The notes: generated by a model not told the origin, from the sequence alone. Counted from the stretch's first letter, positions 10,332-21,164 are shown. The stretch: DNA of 64,000 nucleotides from Candidatus Latescibacterota bacterium (GCA_965116875.1 OZ220733.1:4128001-4192000); one strand, 5' to 3'. Made by a program: numbers and translations.

Positions 10332-11564
10332 TCAGGAGCCGATCCGGTCCTGAATGACGCCCCAGTCCGAATCGGTCATGTCGCTGTAGTGCCAGTAAAT
10401 GAGGGTGGTCAGGCCGCCGTGCTCAACGGTCTGCAGCAGGTGTTCGAGTTCGCGACTGTCCATGCGGACGCCACCGTGGTGCAGTCCCATCCAGGGCCGG
10501 ATTCGGGAGACGTCGCCCAGTCGCTCTCGCATCTTGGTGATTTCACTGAGGGCCACCTGCTCGAAGAACTCCGGTGGCAACGGAGCGTCCAGGTCGGCGA
10601 GGCATCCGGCGCCGGGAATCCACAGCGCGAAGAGTTCGCGCACCCGATCGAGCGCTTGCGGTTCGGTCATTCCGGGGTTCCACGCGCAAAGGGTCGCCGC
10701 CCACCGATACAGGGTACCCTTGAGGCCATCGATCCCATGCTGCCAGAAATAGAGTTTCGGGCACTGGAAGTCGACGATTTCCGCAAGACGACCGAAATTG
10801 TAGCCGGTAAGCGGTGCGAAGGCGGGCAGGCGGGGGCCGCAGGCCACCTTGCGCGCCGGCTCCAGGGACCGGGCGGTGTCGGCAAACGCGCCAACGTAGT
10901 TCTCGATGCTGTCGGTCTTGAACCGGAACCAGTCGAAAAGGCCCGGGTTCGAGATCAGTGCGTCGAGGCCGTCGATCAGCCCGCGTTCCCGGCGGCCCGG
11001 CGGCAGACGCCCAAGATTCCCGAGGTTGTCCTTCAGGCGCGCCTGCGCCTGCCACAGGACGTCGAAATCGTACCCCCATTCTGCGGCTCGCTCACGGCAG
11101 CAGTCGCAGTCGCACCGGAACAGATTGCCCCGATGGTCGGGCGCAATTTCGTATCCCCATTCCGGTCCGTCCAGGATGAATCCGTCCACCCCGGGGAAAC
11201 TCCGCACGACGTCACGGGTCCGCGCGGGCCCGTACCTGAGTTTTTCCGGACCGTTGATGCAACCCGGGGCGGATTGAAGCCAATCGTGCAGATACACGTC
11301 GAAGTGCCGGTCTTTCGCCCTCTCAACGGCCCGTTGAAGTATTTCGAACCGGGGGACGTCTTCCGGCGACATTTCCGGCGGACGGGTCTCGCATCCCTCG
11401 TAGAGTTCAGGCGTGGGTGGATACGCGGGCGACGACCCGAATCTCAGGTCGCCCAGCACGATCGTGTCGATGCCCACCCCTTCCAGGCGGTCCAGGACGT
11501 GGTCGACGCCTTCTTCTTCGAAGGCGTCGATCCGGCCGATAAACATCCATATATCGAGTGACAT
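10332..11564 (-). CDS. Hypothetical protein, possible glycoside-hydrolase-like TIM barrel
   Basis: 410 aa ORF co-oriented between nadA and the ABC ATPase; DGFILDGPEWGY and CDCDCC motifs. Confidence 0.65.
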   Translation of the reverse strand: MSLDIWMFIGRIDAFEEEGVDHVLDRLEGVGIDTIVLGDLRFGSSPAYPPTPELYEGCETRPPEMSPEDVPRFEILQRAVERAKDRHFDVYLHDWLQSAPGCINGPEKLRYGPARTRDVVRSFPGVDGFILDGPEWGYEIAPDHRGNLFRCDCDCCRERAAEWGYDFDVLWQAQARLKDNLGNLGRLPPGRRERGLIDGLDALISNPGLFDWFRFKTDSIENYVGAFADTARSLEPARKVACGPRLPAFAPLTGYNFGRLAEIVDFQCPKLYFWQHGIDGLKGTLYRWAATLCAWNPGMTEPQALDRVRELFALWIPGAGCLADLDAPLPPEFFEQVALSEITKMRERLGDVSRIRPWMGLHHGGVRMDSRELEHLLQTVEHGGLTTLIYWHYSDMTDSDWGVIQDRIGS

Positions 11565-11635
11565 GGAAGGTCCATTCCATACAAAAGGAGGGCGGGTATG
11601 GAACCCCGCCCCCGAGGTTCGGGCCGCCTGTCAAT

Positions 11636-12685
11636 TCAACCGATTTCCAGCATGCGGTCCACCGAGCGCCGGGCGCGGATCCGGATGTCTTCCGGTACTT
11701 CGATAATCTGCTCGTTGTTTTTCAGGGCGTTCAATGTGTCTTCCAGTGTAATTTCGTTCATGTGCGGGCAGCGGATACTGCAAAGCCGTACCATTTCTTT
11801 CTCGGGGTTATCGGCCATGATATTGTCGCCCATACTGCACTCCGTGAGCAGCAGATAACTCGATGCTTCGGTCTCCTGCACAAACGCGCTCATCTTCGAG
11901 GTGCTGCTGGAGAAGTCGGAGGCGGCCACAACTTCGGGACTGCACTCCGGATGGGCGAGAACGAGCACTCCCGGAAACTGCTCCCGCACGTGGGAGACGT
12001 CGTCCACGGTGAATTTCTCGTGCACTTCGCACCGGCCGTGCCAGCCGATCATCTCGTATTCGAGCTCTGATCGCGGCAGATCGGGCTTTTCCCGCGTGGG
12101 GAAGACGATTCGCTTGCCGGTTTCCTGAGCCACGTTTGCCGCCAGATATTCATCGGGAAGAAAGATGACGGTTTCGCTCCCGAGCGACTCCACGACCTTC
12201 GCGGCGTTGCTGGACGTACAACAGACGTCGCATTCCGCCTTGACGTCCGCATACGTGTTGATGTACGTGACGATGGGGACGCCGGGGTACTCCTGTCTCA
12301 GCCGGCGGACGTCTTCAGCGCTGATACTCGCCGCGAGCGAACAGCCCGCAACCCGTGCAGGCAGAAGTACGGTTTTTTCCGGATTGAGGATCTTCGCGGT
12401 TTCCGCCATGAATCGCACGCCGCAGAAGACGATCGGGTCGCATTCGGTCTCAGCGGCTTTGCGGCTGAGTTCGAGCGAATCTCCCACCACGTCCGGTACG
12501 GTATGGAAGAGCGCCGGCTCCATGTAGTTGTGACCCAGGATAATGGCGCCCCGCTGTTCCTTCAGGCGGTTGATCTCGTAGACCAGTTCAGCCTTATACA
12601 GCAGCTCGATATCCGGCACGATACCGCTGAGTTTGCGCTCCATGTGTTCGTACGTTTCCTGGAGCGTATCCGCCAGGATTGCCAT
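11636..12685 (-). CDS. nadA: Quinolinate synthase
   Basis: ILGHNY, GDSLELS, FCGVRFMAETAK, AGCSLA, YINT, CEVH, AHPEC, CPHMN. Confidence 0.96.
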   Translation of the reverse strand: MAILADTLQETYEHMERKLSGIVPDIELLYKAELVYEINRLKEQRGAIILGHNYMEPALFHTVPDVVGDSLELSRKAAETECDPIVFCGVRFMAETAKILNPEKTVLLPARVAGCSLAASISAEDVRRLRQEYPGVPIVTYINTYADVKAECDVCCTSSNAAKVVESLGSETVIFLPDEYLAANVAQETGKRIVFPTREKPDLPRSELEYEMIGWHGRCEVHEKFTVDDVSHVREQFPGVLVLAHPECSPEVVAASDFSSSTSKMSAFVQETEASSYLLLTECSMGDNIMADNPEKEMVRLCSIRCPHMNEITLEDTLNALKNNEQIIEVPEDIRIRARRSVDRMLEIG

Positions 12686-12721
12686 CGAGAGAGTCTCCGC
12701 GCCTGCTGAAATCGGTATGGG

Positions 12722-12813
12722 TTAGCAACCCGTTGAAAGAGTCCATCCGGGCTGCCTGCCTGCCAGGACTTCACTGGCAGGCCTGCAGTGCGACTTTATC
12801 AACGGACTGTTAG
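12722..12813. mobile_element. MITE-like element, copy 1 (IS5/IS1182-type ends)
   Basis: ttagcaacccgttgaaagagtc ... gactttatcaacggactgttag terminal inverted repeats; second copy at 51652-51717. Confidence 0.7.
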
Positions 12814-12864
12814 CGCTAAAGATACACAAACTCGGCTGGATCGGCAAGGGCATCGGCCCGATGG

Positions 12865-13923
12865 TTAGTCTGCAAGATCCTCCTGCCGCGAGCGCCTGAG
12901 GAGTTCCGCTTCCGCCGCCTGCCTGTCCGCGTCGTTACTGAGCGGCGTTATGGTGACCCCTGGCGCCGGCCTGGGGGAGAGGATCCGGCTGGCGCCGGCG
13001 CGTTGCAGTTCTCGGACAACGGGTTCGGGGTTCGGCGCCAGCGCAATAATGGTTCCGCCTGCTCCCGCTCCGGCCAGTTTGGCGCCCAGGGCCCCGGCAT
13101 TCAGCGCGGCCTGAATGAGGCGTTCGTTCTCCGGACCGGAACCGCCGAGATCCCGCTGGATGTCGTGATTCTCCACCATCAGTTCTCCCAGGGTTTGCCA
13201 GTCCGCTTCCAGAAGGGCACGTTTTCCCATTCGAGCCACGTGGGCAATGCGCAGGTAGCTGCGGACGACTTCCCGGTCGCCTTCCAGCCAGCGTTCCCGG
13301 ATCGGCTGGTGAACGCGGGCCGAGTTGCGTTTTATCCCCGTGTGGGCGAGGACGAAGGGACATTGGTCGATGAATGGCGCGAGGGGTTCGACGGTGGCGT
13401 AGGGTTCGTCGGCCAGCGCCCGGTAGAACTGCTTTTCCCGGAAATCCAGAAAGTTCAGCCCTCCAACCGTGCACATATATGCGTCCTGGTAACCGCACAG
13501 GACCAGGTAGTGCAACTCGATGTGGCGTGCCATTTCCGCACGGTAGTACACGTGGACGGACCGGCCCATGTAGGCCAGAACGGCATTGAGAATGGATACG
13601 ATCAGGGCGGATGAACTCGACAGTCCCGCCCTGAAGGGGACGTCGCACGACCAGCGCAGGGAGAACAGGGCGTTTTTCAGGTTGAGGTAGTCGACAACGG
13701 CCATCGCAACGTCGAAATATCCGCCGTCCGGTTTCAATTCATCTGCGGCATGAATCACACGGCGGCAGCCTGCGACCTCAAAGCTCAGAACGTCGGCGGG
13801 TTCGATAAGTACGACGGCGCGTTCCTGCGTTGAACACGAGATGACGCTGCCCCCGTACATATCGGTGGGATTGCCGATTATGCCCGCTCTGCCGGGCGCC
13901 GAGCTCAGGTATGCCCCCGGCAT
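12865..13923 (-). CDS. GHMP-family sugar kinase (glucuronokinase/galactokinase-like)
   Basis: APGRAGIIGNPTDMYGG, PFRAGLSSSSA, CGYQD, GAKLAGAGAGG. Confidence 0.85.
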   Translation of the reverse strand: MPGAYLSSAPGRAGIIGNPTDMYGGSVISCSTQERAVVLIEPADVLSFEVAGCRRVIHAADELKPDGGYFDVAMAVVDYLNLKNALFSLRWSCDVPFRAGLSSSSALIVSILNAVLAYMGRSVHVYYRAEMARHIELHYLVLCGYQDAYMCTVGGLNFLDFREKQFYRALADEPYATVEPLAPFIDQCPFVLAHTGIKRNSARVHQPIRERWLEGDREVVRSYLRIAHVARMGKRALLEADWQTLGELMVENHDIQRDLGGSGPENERLIQAALNAGALGAKLAGAGAGGTIIALAPNPEPVVRELQRAGASRILSPRPAPGVTITPLSNDADRQAAEAELLRRSRQEDLAD

Positions 13924-13925
13924 AC

Positions 13926-14831
13926 TCAGAATTCCCTCAATTGCTTCTGGATATGCTGCCGGATGAGATAACCGTGGCGCTGGTCCGAGATGGCGAAGTC
14001 GATGAACGCCTTATAGTACGATACGGGGTCGCCGATGCCATATCGAAGTTCCTCTTTTTTCAGTCGGATGCATCGTACCGTTCGGCCCATCTTGATCAGC
14101 GTGGCAATCGCATCCGTCAACTCCAGCTTGCCGCTGTGTCCCGGCAGAGTGTGCCGTATTGCGTGGAAGATCTCGGGATGAAACACATATCGGGCGGCGA
14201 CTGCAAGGCGACTGGGCGCGTCGGACGGGGATGGTTTCTCCACGATGCTTTCGATTTCGAAGTCCGTGCTGGCGCTGCCTTTGGGTTTGACAATGCCGTA
14301 ATTGGGTACATCCAATGGATCCACTTCCACAACGGCGATCGTACATCGGGAATCGTGCTGGAAATGGGACCTGATCATCCTCCGGATCAGGCCCGCGTGG
14401 TTGCCGGACTTGACAATCGTATCTCCGAGCGCTACGACGAACGGGTCGTTTCCCACGAAGTCCTCGGCGCCGCCAATGGCGTCACCGATCCCAGGCGGTG
14501 TGTGCCGGCCGTGAGGGATGAGCTGACGGGTAAAGAAAAACCTCACTGACTCGCGTCCAAAATCCACTGCGTCCAGCAATTCCCGATTTTCACTCTCCGA
14601 AAGCCGATTCAGAAGTTCATGGTCCCGATCGAAGTGATCTTCGACAGGCCGTTTGTCCCGTCCCGTTATAAACAGGAACCTTGTCAGGCCCTGGTCGACC
14701 ATCTCTTCCACGACGTACTGTACCACGGGTTTACACGCGACCGGGAGCATCTCCTTGGGCTGCGATTTTGTGGCAGGCAGGAGGCCGGTACCCATTCCTG
14801 CCAACGGGATCACGACCTTTTCGATTTCCAT
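13926..14831 (-). CDS. UTP--glucose-1-phosphate uridylyltransferase-like nucleotidyltransferase
   Basis: LPATKSQPKEMLP, EDHFD, VEKP, ELTDAI (GalU family). Confidence 0.85.
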   Translation of the reverse strand: MEIEKVVIPLAGMGTGLLPATKSQPKEMLPVACKPVVQYVVEEMVDQGLTRFLFITGRDKRPVEDHFDRDHELLNRLSESENRELLDAVDFGRESVRFFFTRQLIPHGRHTPPGIGDAIGGAEDFVGNDPFVVALGDTIVKSGNHAGLIRRMIRSHFQHDSRCTIAVVEVDPLDVPNYGIVKPKGSASTDFEIESIVEKPSPSDAPSRLAVAARYVFHPEIFHAIRHTLPGHSGKLELTDAIATLIKMGRTVRCIRLKKEELRYGIGDPVSYYKAFIDFAISDQRHGYLIRQHIQKQLREF

Positions 14832-15036
14832 AAGTTGGAACTCCCCGGGTTGTTAAAATACAAAAATCAGGGCGTGCCTGCTGCAGCACACCCTGTATTC
14901 GACGGGACGGTCTTCGTTCGTACCGCGGCCGCTGATTTCGCCCACGACGGGCGCGGGAACCGGTCAGGATCGAAGCCGGCAAGGCCTTGGGGAGACATTG
15001 CCGGCGCCGGTCGTCTGATGACGTCCTGAAGTGCGC

Positions 15037-15360
15037 CTACAGCACGGCATCGAGTTTTTCAACCAGTTGTTTCTTCGGTACCGCTCCGACAACCTGATCG
15101 GCCAATTCGCCGTCTTTAAAAATGAGCAGTGTGGGAATACTTCGGATACCGTAGTCGGCGGCGATTTTCTGTTCGGAGTCCACGTCGACCTTACCCACCT
15201 TGACCCGGCCCTCGTACTCGACGGCAAGTTCGTCCACGATTGGCGCGACCATGCGACAGGGCCCGCACCACACGGCCCAGAAGTCCACGAGTACCGGAAG
15301 GGTGGACTCGACGACTTCAACCTGAAAGCTATCGTCGGTTATGGTAATCGGATTTCCCAA
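15037..15360 (-). CDS. trxA: Thioredoxin
   Basis: [19 protein letters not shown]; TTG start 8 nt after aaggcgg RBS. Confidence 0.95.
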   Translation of the reverse strand: MGNPITITDDSFQVEVVESTLPVLVDFWAVWCGPCRMVAPIVDELAVEYEGRVKVGKVDVDSEQKIAADYGIRSIPTLLIFKDGELADQVVGAVPKKQLVEKLDAVL

Positions 15361-15379
15361 CGCGCACACCGCCTTTCGT

Positions 15380-15546
15380 TAAGAAGTTGTTTTAAAATTA
15401 CCGGTGAATTCCCGAGCGCGAGCGAAAAAGCGGCGGTCAAGGCGGGCAAATCCGCCCATATTTGTCTATACGGGTGGATTTGACCAACGCCGACCGGCGC
15501 TTTTGCAGCCGTGCGAAGTCCGCCGGGAATTTTAGGACAGCTTCTA
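15380..15546. repeat. ~167 bp imperfect palindrome (MITE-like)
   Basis: Ends aagaagttgttttaaaattaccgg / ccgggaattttaggacagcttcta; inner arms aaaagcggcggtc..caaatccgcccatat / tatacgggtggatttg..gaccggcgctttt. Confidence 0.7.
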
Positions 15547-15724
15547 ATGGGATAAATTTTGGAGTTTCCGCTTCGCACCGTCGGCCGTCGTACGGCCGCT
15601 ATCATTGCACGTACGTCCGGATTCGGGCTCCTCATGAATTGTCAAATCTACCAAGTTTTCGAGATCGTGTCAAGAATCACGGAAGAGCGTGAAAGCCCGT
15701 GTGATGGAGTCGCCCGGCGCCGCT

Positions 15725-16753
15725 TCAGACGGCCGGCCCGGAACACATACGGCAGATGAGTTGCGTGAGCGTGGCGGCGGGTGCGCGAGAACGGGACTTC
15801 AGTCGATTGTCCGCGCTCAGGAGCGCTTCGAAGGCGTGCCACAGATTCTTTTCGTCAAAACGGGCGGCCTGGTCCAGGTAGCTGGAAACAAAGAACGGGG
15901 GAACCTTCAGCTTTCCCGCCATTTCGGATCGTGGCAGTCCAAAGCTCCTCAGCCAACGGGCCTTGCGAAGGATGCCTATGTGCCTGATGAGCATTGCGAC
16001 AATTGCCACCGGGCTGTCACCACGGTCCAGTAGGCGATGCAGAACGGCCAGGGCCTCGCCGGTTTTCCTCTGTCCCACGGCATCGGCGAGTTCGAATACC
16101 GTCGCGTTTCTTGAAGCGCCGGCCACCTGTATGACGTCGTCGCGCGTGATGGTATCGCGTTCACTGGTATAGATGGCCAGCTTTTCGAGTTCGCTGACGA
16201 GTTCGCCCGGATTCGGCCCCACGCCGAGGTGAAGCATGTGTGCGGCATCGGGTTCAATCCGCTTGTTCAGCGCAGCCGCCCTGCTTCGAATCCACTGCGG
16301 GAGTTCATTTTCGTAGGGCGGCTTGAATTCCACCGAAACGGCGTTCTTTCGCAATGCGGCGGACAGTTTCTTGCGGCCGTCCAGTTTGTCCACGGTAAAC
16401 ACAAGGACCGTGGTCTCAACGGGGTTATCGATCAGGGGCAGGAATGTACGTGCGTCGGCGTCCCGCAACCGTTCCAGGCGTTTGACCACCACAACGCGCC
16501 GCGCCGCCATCATCGGAAAGGCTGTTGCCCGGCTTACGGCGTCGGCCGCGTCCATGTCCTCGCCGTGAAAGATATCCAGGTTGAATGCGCTTGACGCAGG
16601 ATCGACGGCTGCGTCGAGAAGGGCTTTCAGACTTTCTTCCCTGGCGACGTTCTCAGACCCGTGCAGCAGATACAGCGGCGCGAATTCGCCCCGTTTGATC
16701 TGGGCGGTCAGCCTGTCGTGCGAGTTGCGGGATCTGGCTTTGGATTTGGCCAC
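15725..16753 (-). CDS. holA: DNA polymerase III delta subunit
   Basis: PLYLLHGSE, FPMMAARRVVVVK, ELEKLAIY, VFELADAV. Confidence 0.92.
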   Translation of the reverse strand: MAKSKARSRNSHDRLTAQIKRGEFAPLYLLHGSENVAREESLKALLDAAVDPASSAFNLDIFHGEDMDAADAVSRATAFPMMAARRVVVVKRLERLRDADARTFLPLIDNPVETTVLVFTVDKLDGRKKLSAALRKNAVSVEFKPPYENELPQWIRSRAAALNKRIEPDAAHMLHLGVGPNPGELVSELEKLAIYTSERDTITRDDVIQVAGASRNATVFELADAVGQRKTGEALAVLHRLLDRGDSPVAIVAMLIRHIGILRKARWLRSFGLPRSEMAGKLKVPPFFVSSYLDQAARFDEKNLWHAFEALLSADNRLKSRSRAPAATLTQLICRMCSGPAV

Positions 16754-16765
16754 GGTCGAGGTCTA

Positions 16766-16957
16766 TCAGCCGTCAAGGTCGCGGAATTCGGCGTCCGTGA
16801 CCCGATCCTTGTTGGTTTTCCATGATGGTTTCTTCCCGGTGGGGCGTGAACCGTCTCTTGTTGGAAAGATCCATCGAACCGAAGAGCGCAGAAGATCCCG
16901 AAGCACGCGGAATACAAGAACCAGCATCAGGCAGAAAAGGAAAATACGCAGCAACAT
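16766..16957 (-). CDS. Small hypothetical membrane protein
   Basis: 63 aa, hydrophobic N-terminus, C-terminal VTDAEFRDL; fills the gap between purM and holA. Confidence 0.6.
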   Translation of the reverse strand: MLLRIFLFCLMLVLVFRVLRDLLRSSVRWIFPTRDGSRPTGKKPSWKTNKDRVTDAEFRDLDG

Positions 16958-16969
16958 GGTGTACTCTCG

Positions 16970-18013
16970 CTATTGAATTTGAACACGTGACACCGGGTCG
17001 GTGACGACTTCACCCACAACGTAACCGTTCTCACCGCTTCGATTCAAATGCTCGACTGCCCTTTCAGCCTGACAGGACGGAACGACAAGCACGAGCCCCA
17101 GGCCCATATTGAACACGCGAAACATCTCGTCGGCATGAATGTCGCCGCCTACTCGCCGTAACAGGTTGAACACTGCCGGTTCGGGCCAGGTTCCACGGAA
17201 AATACGTGCGCCAAGTCCTTCCGGAAGGGTGCGGGGCAGGTTATCCAGGATGCCACCTCCGGTGATGTGCGCCATTCCCCGTACCGACACGGCTTCCATA
17301 AGGCCGAACACCGAAGATACGTAACTCTTGTGGGGGGCCAGCAGGGTCTCGCCAACGGTGCCGCCGAGTTCGTCCAGGTGTGTGTCGACGGACCATCCGG
17401 CGGTTTCGAACAGGAGTCTGCGCGCCAGTGAATATCCGTTGGTATGCAGGCCGCACGACGGCAGTCCGATGAGCTTGTCTCCCGGTTGCGCCCGGGAGCC
17501 ATCGATGATGTCTTCCCGGTTCACAATGCCGACGATCGTACCGGCAAGGTCGTATTCGCCCGCGGCGTAAAAATCGGGCATTTCCGCCATTTCGCCGCCC
17601 AGCAGTGCGCATCCGCACGCCTTGCATCCGTTTGCGATTCCGTCGATGACGGACTCGGCCACGGCTGTATCGTGTTTCCCCATGGCCAGGTAATCCATAA
17701 AGAAGAGCGGGCGGGCGCCCTGCACGAGAATGTCATTGGCGCAATGGGCAACAAGGTCGGCTCCGACCGTATTGTGGATGTCGGTCAGAAACGCAATCTT
17801 CAGCTTGGTGCCAACGCCATCCGTACCGGCCACGAGGACGGGGTCGCGGTACGCATCCCATTGGGGCGCAAAGAGGCCACCGAAACCGCCGATGTCGGCA
17901 AGTACTTCCGGGCCAAACGTCGACCGTACCGTTGCGGCGATACCTCTTTTGGTGCGGCCTGCGCTCTCAATATTCACGCCAGCGGCCGCGTATGCGTCTG
18001 ATTTTCCCGGCAT
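16970..18013 (-). CDS. purM: Phosphoribosylformylglycinamidine cyclo-ligase
   Basis: YAAAGVNI, GGFGGLF, TDGVGTKL, GGEMAEMP, GLHTNGYSL, HITGGG, VFNMG. Confidence 0.96.
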   Translation of the reverse strand: MPGKSDAYAAAGVNIESAGRTKRGIAATVRSTFGPEVLADIGGFGGLFAPQWDAYRDPVLVAGTDGVGTKLKIAFLTDIHNTVGADLVAHCANDILVQGARPLFFMDYLAMGKHDTAVAESVIDGIANGCKACGCALLGGEMAEMPDFYAAGEYDLAGTIVGIVNREDIIDGSRAQPGDKLIGLPSCGLHTNGYSLARRLLFETAGWSVDTHLDELGGTVGETLLAPHKSYVSSVFGLMEAVSVRGMAHITGGGILDNLPRTLPEGLGARIFRGTWPEPAVFNLLRRVGGDIHADEMFRVFNMGLGLVLVVPSCQAERAVEHLNRSGENGYVVGEVVTDPVSRVQIQ

Positions 18014-18912
18014 CAGACTTCCTCCCGGGCGTCGCAACCGGAAACAGAGGCGGAAACGATCTGTTCAGCGACCCGTACGGCCTGAACCGCCGCACCAACG
18101 TCGTGCACGCGAACGACGTGAGCCCCGGCCGCAGCGGAAAGACTCACGGCTGCGAGCGTGCCGAACAGCCGCGCCTCCGGCGGGAGATCCAGTGCCGCAC
18201 CGGTGAATTTCTTGCGTGACGGGCCCACCATCAACGGGCAGCCCAGGCCATGAAATTCGTCCAGTCGCGCAAGAATTTCAAAATTGTGGTCATTTCGTTT
18301 CCCAAATCCCAGACCCGGATCGATCAAAATGCGGCCGGGATCGATGCCCGCCTCTATGGCCGCGTTCCTGCGTTCATCGAGAAAATCGAAAATGTCGGGG
18401 ATCAGGTTACCGTACACCGGCCTGATCTGCATGGTCAGGGGCGTACCCTTCATATGCATGAGAACGACAGCGGCGCTCGATTGCGCGATCGTTGTGCCCA
18501 TGCGGGGGTCGAATCGCATGGCGCTGATATCGTTTACGATAGATGCGCCCAGCTGCAAGGCGATTTGCGCGACACCCGCCTTGGTCGTATCAATGGAAAT
18601 GATCAGGTCCGTTCTGGCAGCGACTTCTTCAATAACCGGCGCCGTACGCCGAATTTCCTCTTCCTCGGAAACGGGTTGGGCGCCCGCCCCGTAGGTTCCC
18701 GCCGGACGCGTGGATTCACCGCCCACGTCGATGATGTCCGCGCCTTCTTCAGCCATCAGAATTGCACGTTCGATGGCCTGCTGTCGCTCCAGATAACGTC
18801 CACCGTCGGCAAACGAATCGGGAGTCACGTTGAGAATCCCCATGACCCGGATCCGCGAGCCCAACTGGAGGATGTTTCCCCGGCAATCGAGTCGACGGGC
18901 GGGGGATCTCAT
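18013..18912 (-). CDS. folP: Dihydropteroate synthase
   Basis: MGILNVTPDSFADGG, GGESTRP, SIDT, IDPGLGFGK, SRK, VRVHDV; start approximate; TGATG overlap with purM. Confidence 0.95.
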   Translation of the reverse strand: MRSPARRLDCRGNILQLGSRIRVMGILNVTPDSFADGGRYLERQQAIERAILMAEEGADIIDVGGESTRPAGTYGAGAQPVSEEEEIRRTAPVIEEVAARTDLIISIDTTKAGVAQIALQLGASIVNDISAMRFDPRMGTTIAQSSAAVVLMHMKGTPLTMQIRPVYGNLIPDIFDFLDERRNAAIEAGIDPGRILIDPGLGFGKRNDHNFEILARLDEFHGLGCPLMVGPSRKKFTGAALDLPPEARLFGTLAAVSLSAAAGAHVVRVHDVGAAVQAVRVAEQIVSASVSGCDAREEV

Positions 18913-18999
18913 GTATTGCATGCGAACACTGGAAAAGCAAAGGGGATGGCAAAAAGACACGGCGTTTTACCATCCCCGGATATCACTCGAGTACTGCGG

Positions 19000-21147
19000 T
19001 TAATCGTCGTCCTCGGAAGTTTCTCTTGATTCGGCCGTCGTTTCCTCCGAGGAGGGCGTCTCCGGTTGCTCAACATCGTCGGGGGCATCCTGTTTGGTCC
19101 GACCGTTCTGAGATTCGGGCGGTTCCGGCGGTTTCTGTAGCTTCTCTCCGGCAAGAATGCGGTCGAGTTGGGAGTCGTCCAGTACCTCGAACTCCAGAAG
19201 CGCGTCGGCCAGAACGTGGACCTGTGCGATATTCTCCCGCAGCAGGCTTTCCGCCCGTTCCTCCGCGGTGAGGACGAAGTTGCGGATTTCATCGTCAATC
19301 ACCTGCGCGACTTTTTCGCTGAAGTCCCTGCGCTGGGCGATCTCGCGACCGAGGAAGACCTCGTCCTGCCTGTTGCCGTACGAAACGGGCCCCAGTTTCT
19401 CGCTCATACCCCAGTCACACACCATCCGGCGCGCCAGGTCGGTGGCCATCTTGTAGTCCTGCTGCCCGCCGCTTGAGACTTCCCCGAAGACGATTTTTTC
19501 CGCCACTCTGCCACCCAATGCGTACGTGAGGACGGCGTCGCTGTAGCTCCTGGAATAGTTGTGGCGTTCGTCGATGGGCAGATACGTGGTGAGCCCCAAT
19601 GACTGGCCTCGGGGGATGATGGTTACCTTGTGGACCGGATCGGACTCCGGAACGAGCTTGGCCACCAGTGCGTGACCGATTTCGTGATATGCCGTGCGTT
19701 TCTTCTCAGAGTCGGAGATGACCAGGCTGCGCCTTTCCACACCCATGATGACCTTGTCCTTGGCGTTCTCGAAGTCCTCCATGATCACGGAGGTCCGGTC
19801 GTACCTGGAGGCGAGCAATGCAGCCTCGTTGACCAGATTTTCAAGGTCGGCCTGGGTAAAGCCGGGCGTCGCCCGCGCAAGTACGGTCAGATCCACGTTC
19901 TTGTCCAACGGGGTATTGCGGATATGTACCTTCAGCACGCCCTCCCGGCCCTTGACGTCGGGCCGGTCCACAACAACCTGACGGTCGAAGCGGCCGGGTC
20001 GCAGAAGCGCCGGATCGAGGACGTCGGGGCGGTTTGTGGCCGCGATGAGGATTACCCCCTCCTTGGAGTCGAATCCGTCCATTTCCACCAGCAACTGGTT
20101 GAGCGTCTGCTCTCGTTCGTCGTGGCCTCCGCCGATGCCTGCGCCGCGGTGCCGGCCTACGGCGTCGATTTCGTCGATGAAAATGATGCACGGCGCATTG
20201 GCCTTTCCCTGCTCGAACAGGTCACGCACGCGGGACGCGCCGACACCCACGAACATTTCCACGAAGTCTGATCCGCTCATGCTGTAGAATGGAACGCCGG
20301 CCTCGCCGGCCACCGCCTTGGCCATGTACGTCTTGCCCGTGCCAGGCGGTCCCACCAGGAGGACCCCCTTCGGGATTCGTCCGCCAAGCCGCTGGAACTT
20401 GCGGGGGTCTTTGAGGTACTCGATAATCTCCTGCAGTTCCTGCTTGGCCTCGTCGGATCCGGCAACGTCTTTGAACGTGACTTTCGGGCGGTCTTCCGAA
20501 ACCAGCTTGGCCCTGCTCTTGCCGAAGCTGAACGCGCCTTTCGGGCCTCCCTGCATCTGGCGGAAGATGAACAGCCACAGGCCGACAAAGAGAAGCCACG
20601 GCAGGAAATTGAAGAAGACCTTCAGCCAGTCGAAGGGCTTTTCCTGGAACCGGAAGTCGATTTCGTATTTTTCCCAGTCTGCTATTGCGTCTTCGCCGAT
20701 GACCCCCAGGTTGACGACGAAGGTCCTGTATGCCTGCTGACCGCCACGGCTGGTCGTATATTCGGGTTCGATCAACGTGCCGTGAAAATCGCTGTCTATG
20801 ATGACGGCGCTTTCGATCTTTCCCTGTTTCATCAGGGTGCGGTATTCCTTGTAGCTGATCACGACGTCGCCCGAGCCGGAACTGCTCCCGAAGAACCGTG
20901 TGGCAAAGAGCGCGACCAATACGAAAAAGACCCAGAACGCAAGTGTCTTTGATCGTCGACGCCATTCACCGCCGTCGTTTTCGGGAGAGGCCCCGGGCTG
21001 GCGGTTCTGCCGCGGCCGCGGTCGGTTCCGGGGCGGCTCGGGCGCGTCGCGGTCTGCGTCGGACTCAGGCTTCAACTCCGGAACGGGCGGTTGTTGCTCC
21101 TTTTGCCCTGCGTCCGGAGTTTCTTCCTGTTCTTTGTGTTCTGCCAT
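19000..21147 (-). CDS. ftsH: ATP-dependent zinc metalloprotease FtsH
   Basis: Two TM segments, [29 protein letters not shown]. Confidence 0.97.
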   Translation of the reverse strand: MAEHKEQEETPDAGQKEQQPPVPELKPESDADRDAPEPPRNRPRPRQNRQPGASPENDGGEWRRRSKTLAFWVFFVLVALFATRFFGSSSGSGDVVISYKEYRTLMKQGKIESAVIIDSDFHGTLIEPEYTTSRGGQQAYRTFVVNLGVIGEDAIADWEKYEIDFRFQEKPFDWLKVFFNFLPWLLFVGLWLFIFRQMQGGPKGAFSFGKSRAKLVSEDRPKVTFKDVAGSDEAKQELQEIIEYLKDPRKFQRLGGRIPKGVLLVGPPGTGKTYMAKAVAGEAGVPFYSMSGSDFVEMFVGVGASRVRDLFEQGKANAPCIIFIDEIDAVGRHRGAGIGGGHDEREQTLNQLLVEMDGFDSKEGVILIAATNRPDVLDPALLRPGRFDRQVVVDRPDVKGREGVLKVHIRNTPLDKNVDLTVLARATPGFTQADLENLVNEAALLASRYDRTSVIMEDFENAKDKVIMGVERRSLVISDSEKKRTAYHEIGHALVAKLVPESDPVHKVTIIPRGQSLGLTTYLPIDERHNYSRSYSDAVLTYALGGRVAEKIVFGEVSSGGQQDYKMATDLARRMVCDWGMSEKLGPVSYGNRQDEVFLGREIAQRRDFSEKVAQVIDDEIRNFVLTAEERAESLLRENIAQVHVLADALLEFEVLDDSQLDRILAGEKLQKPPEPPESQNGRTKQDAPDDVEQPETPSSEETTAESRETSEDDD

Positions 21148-21164
21148 AAAAACCGCCTTGACAA

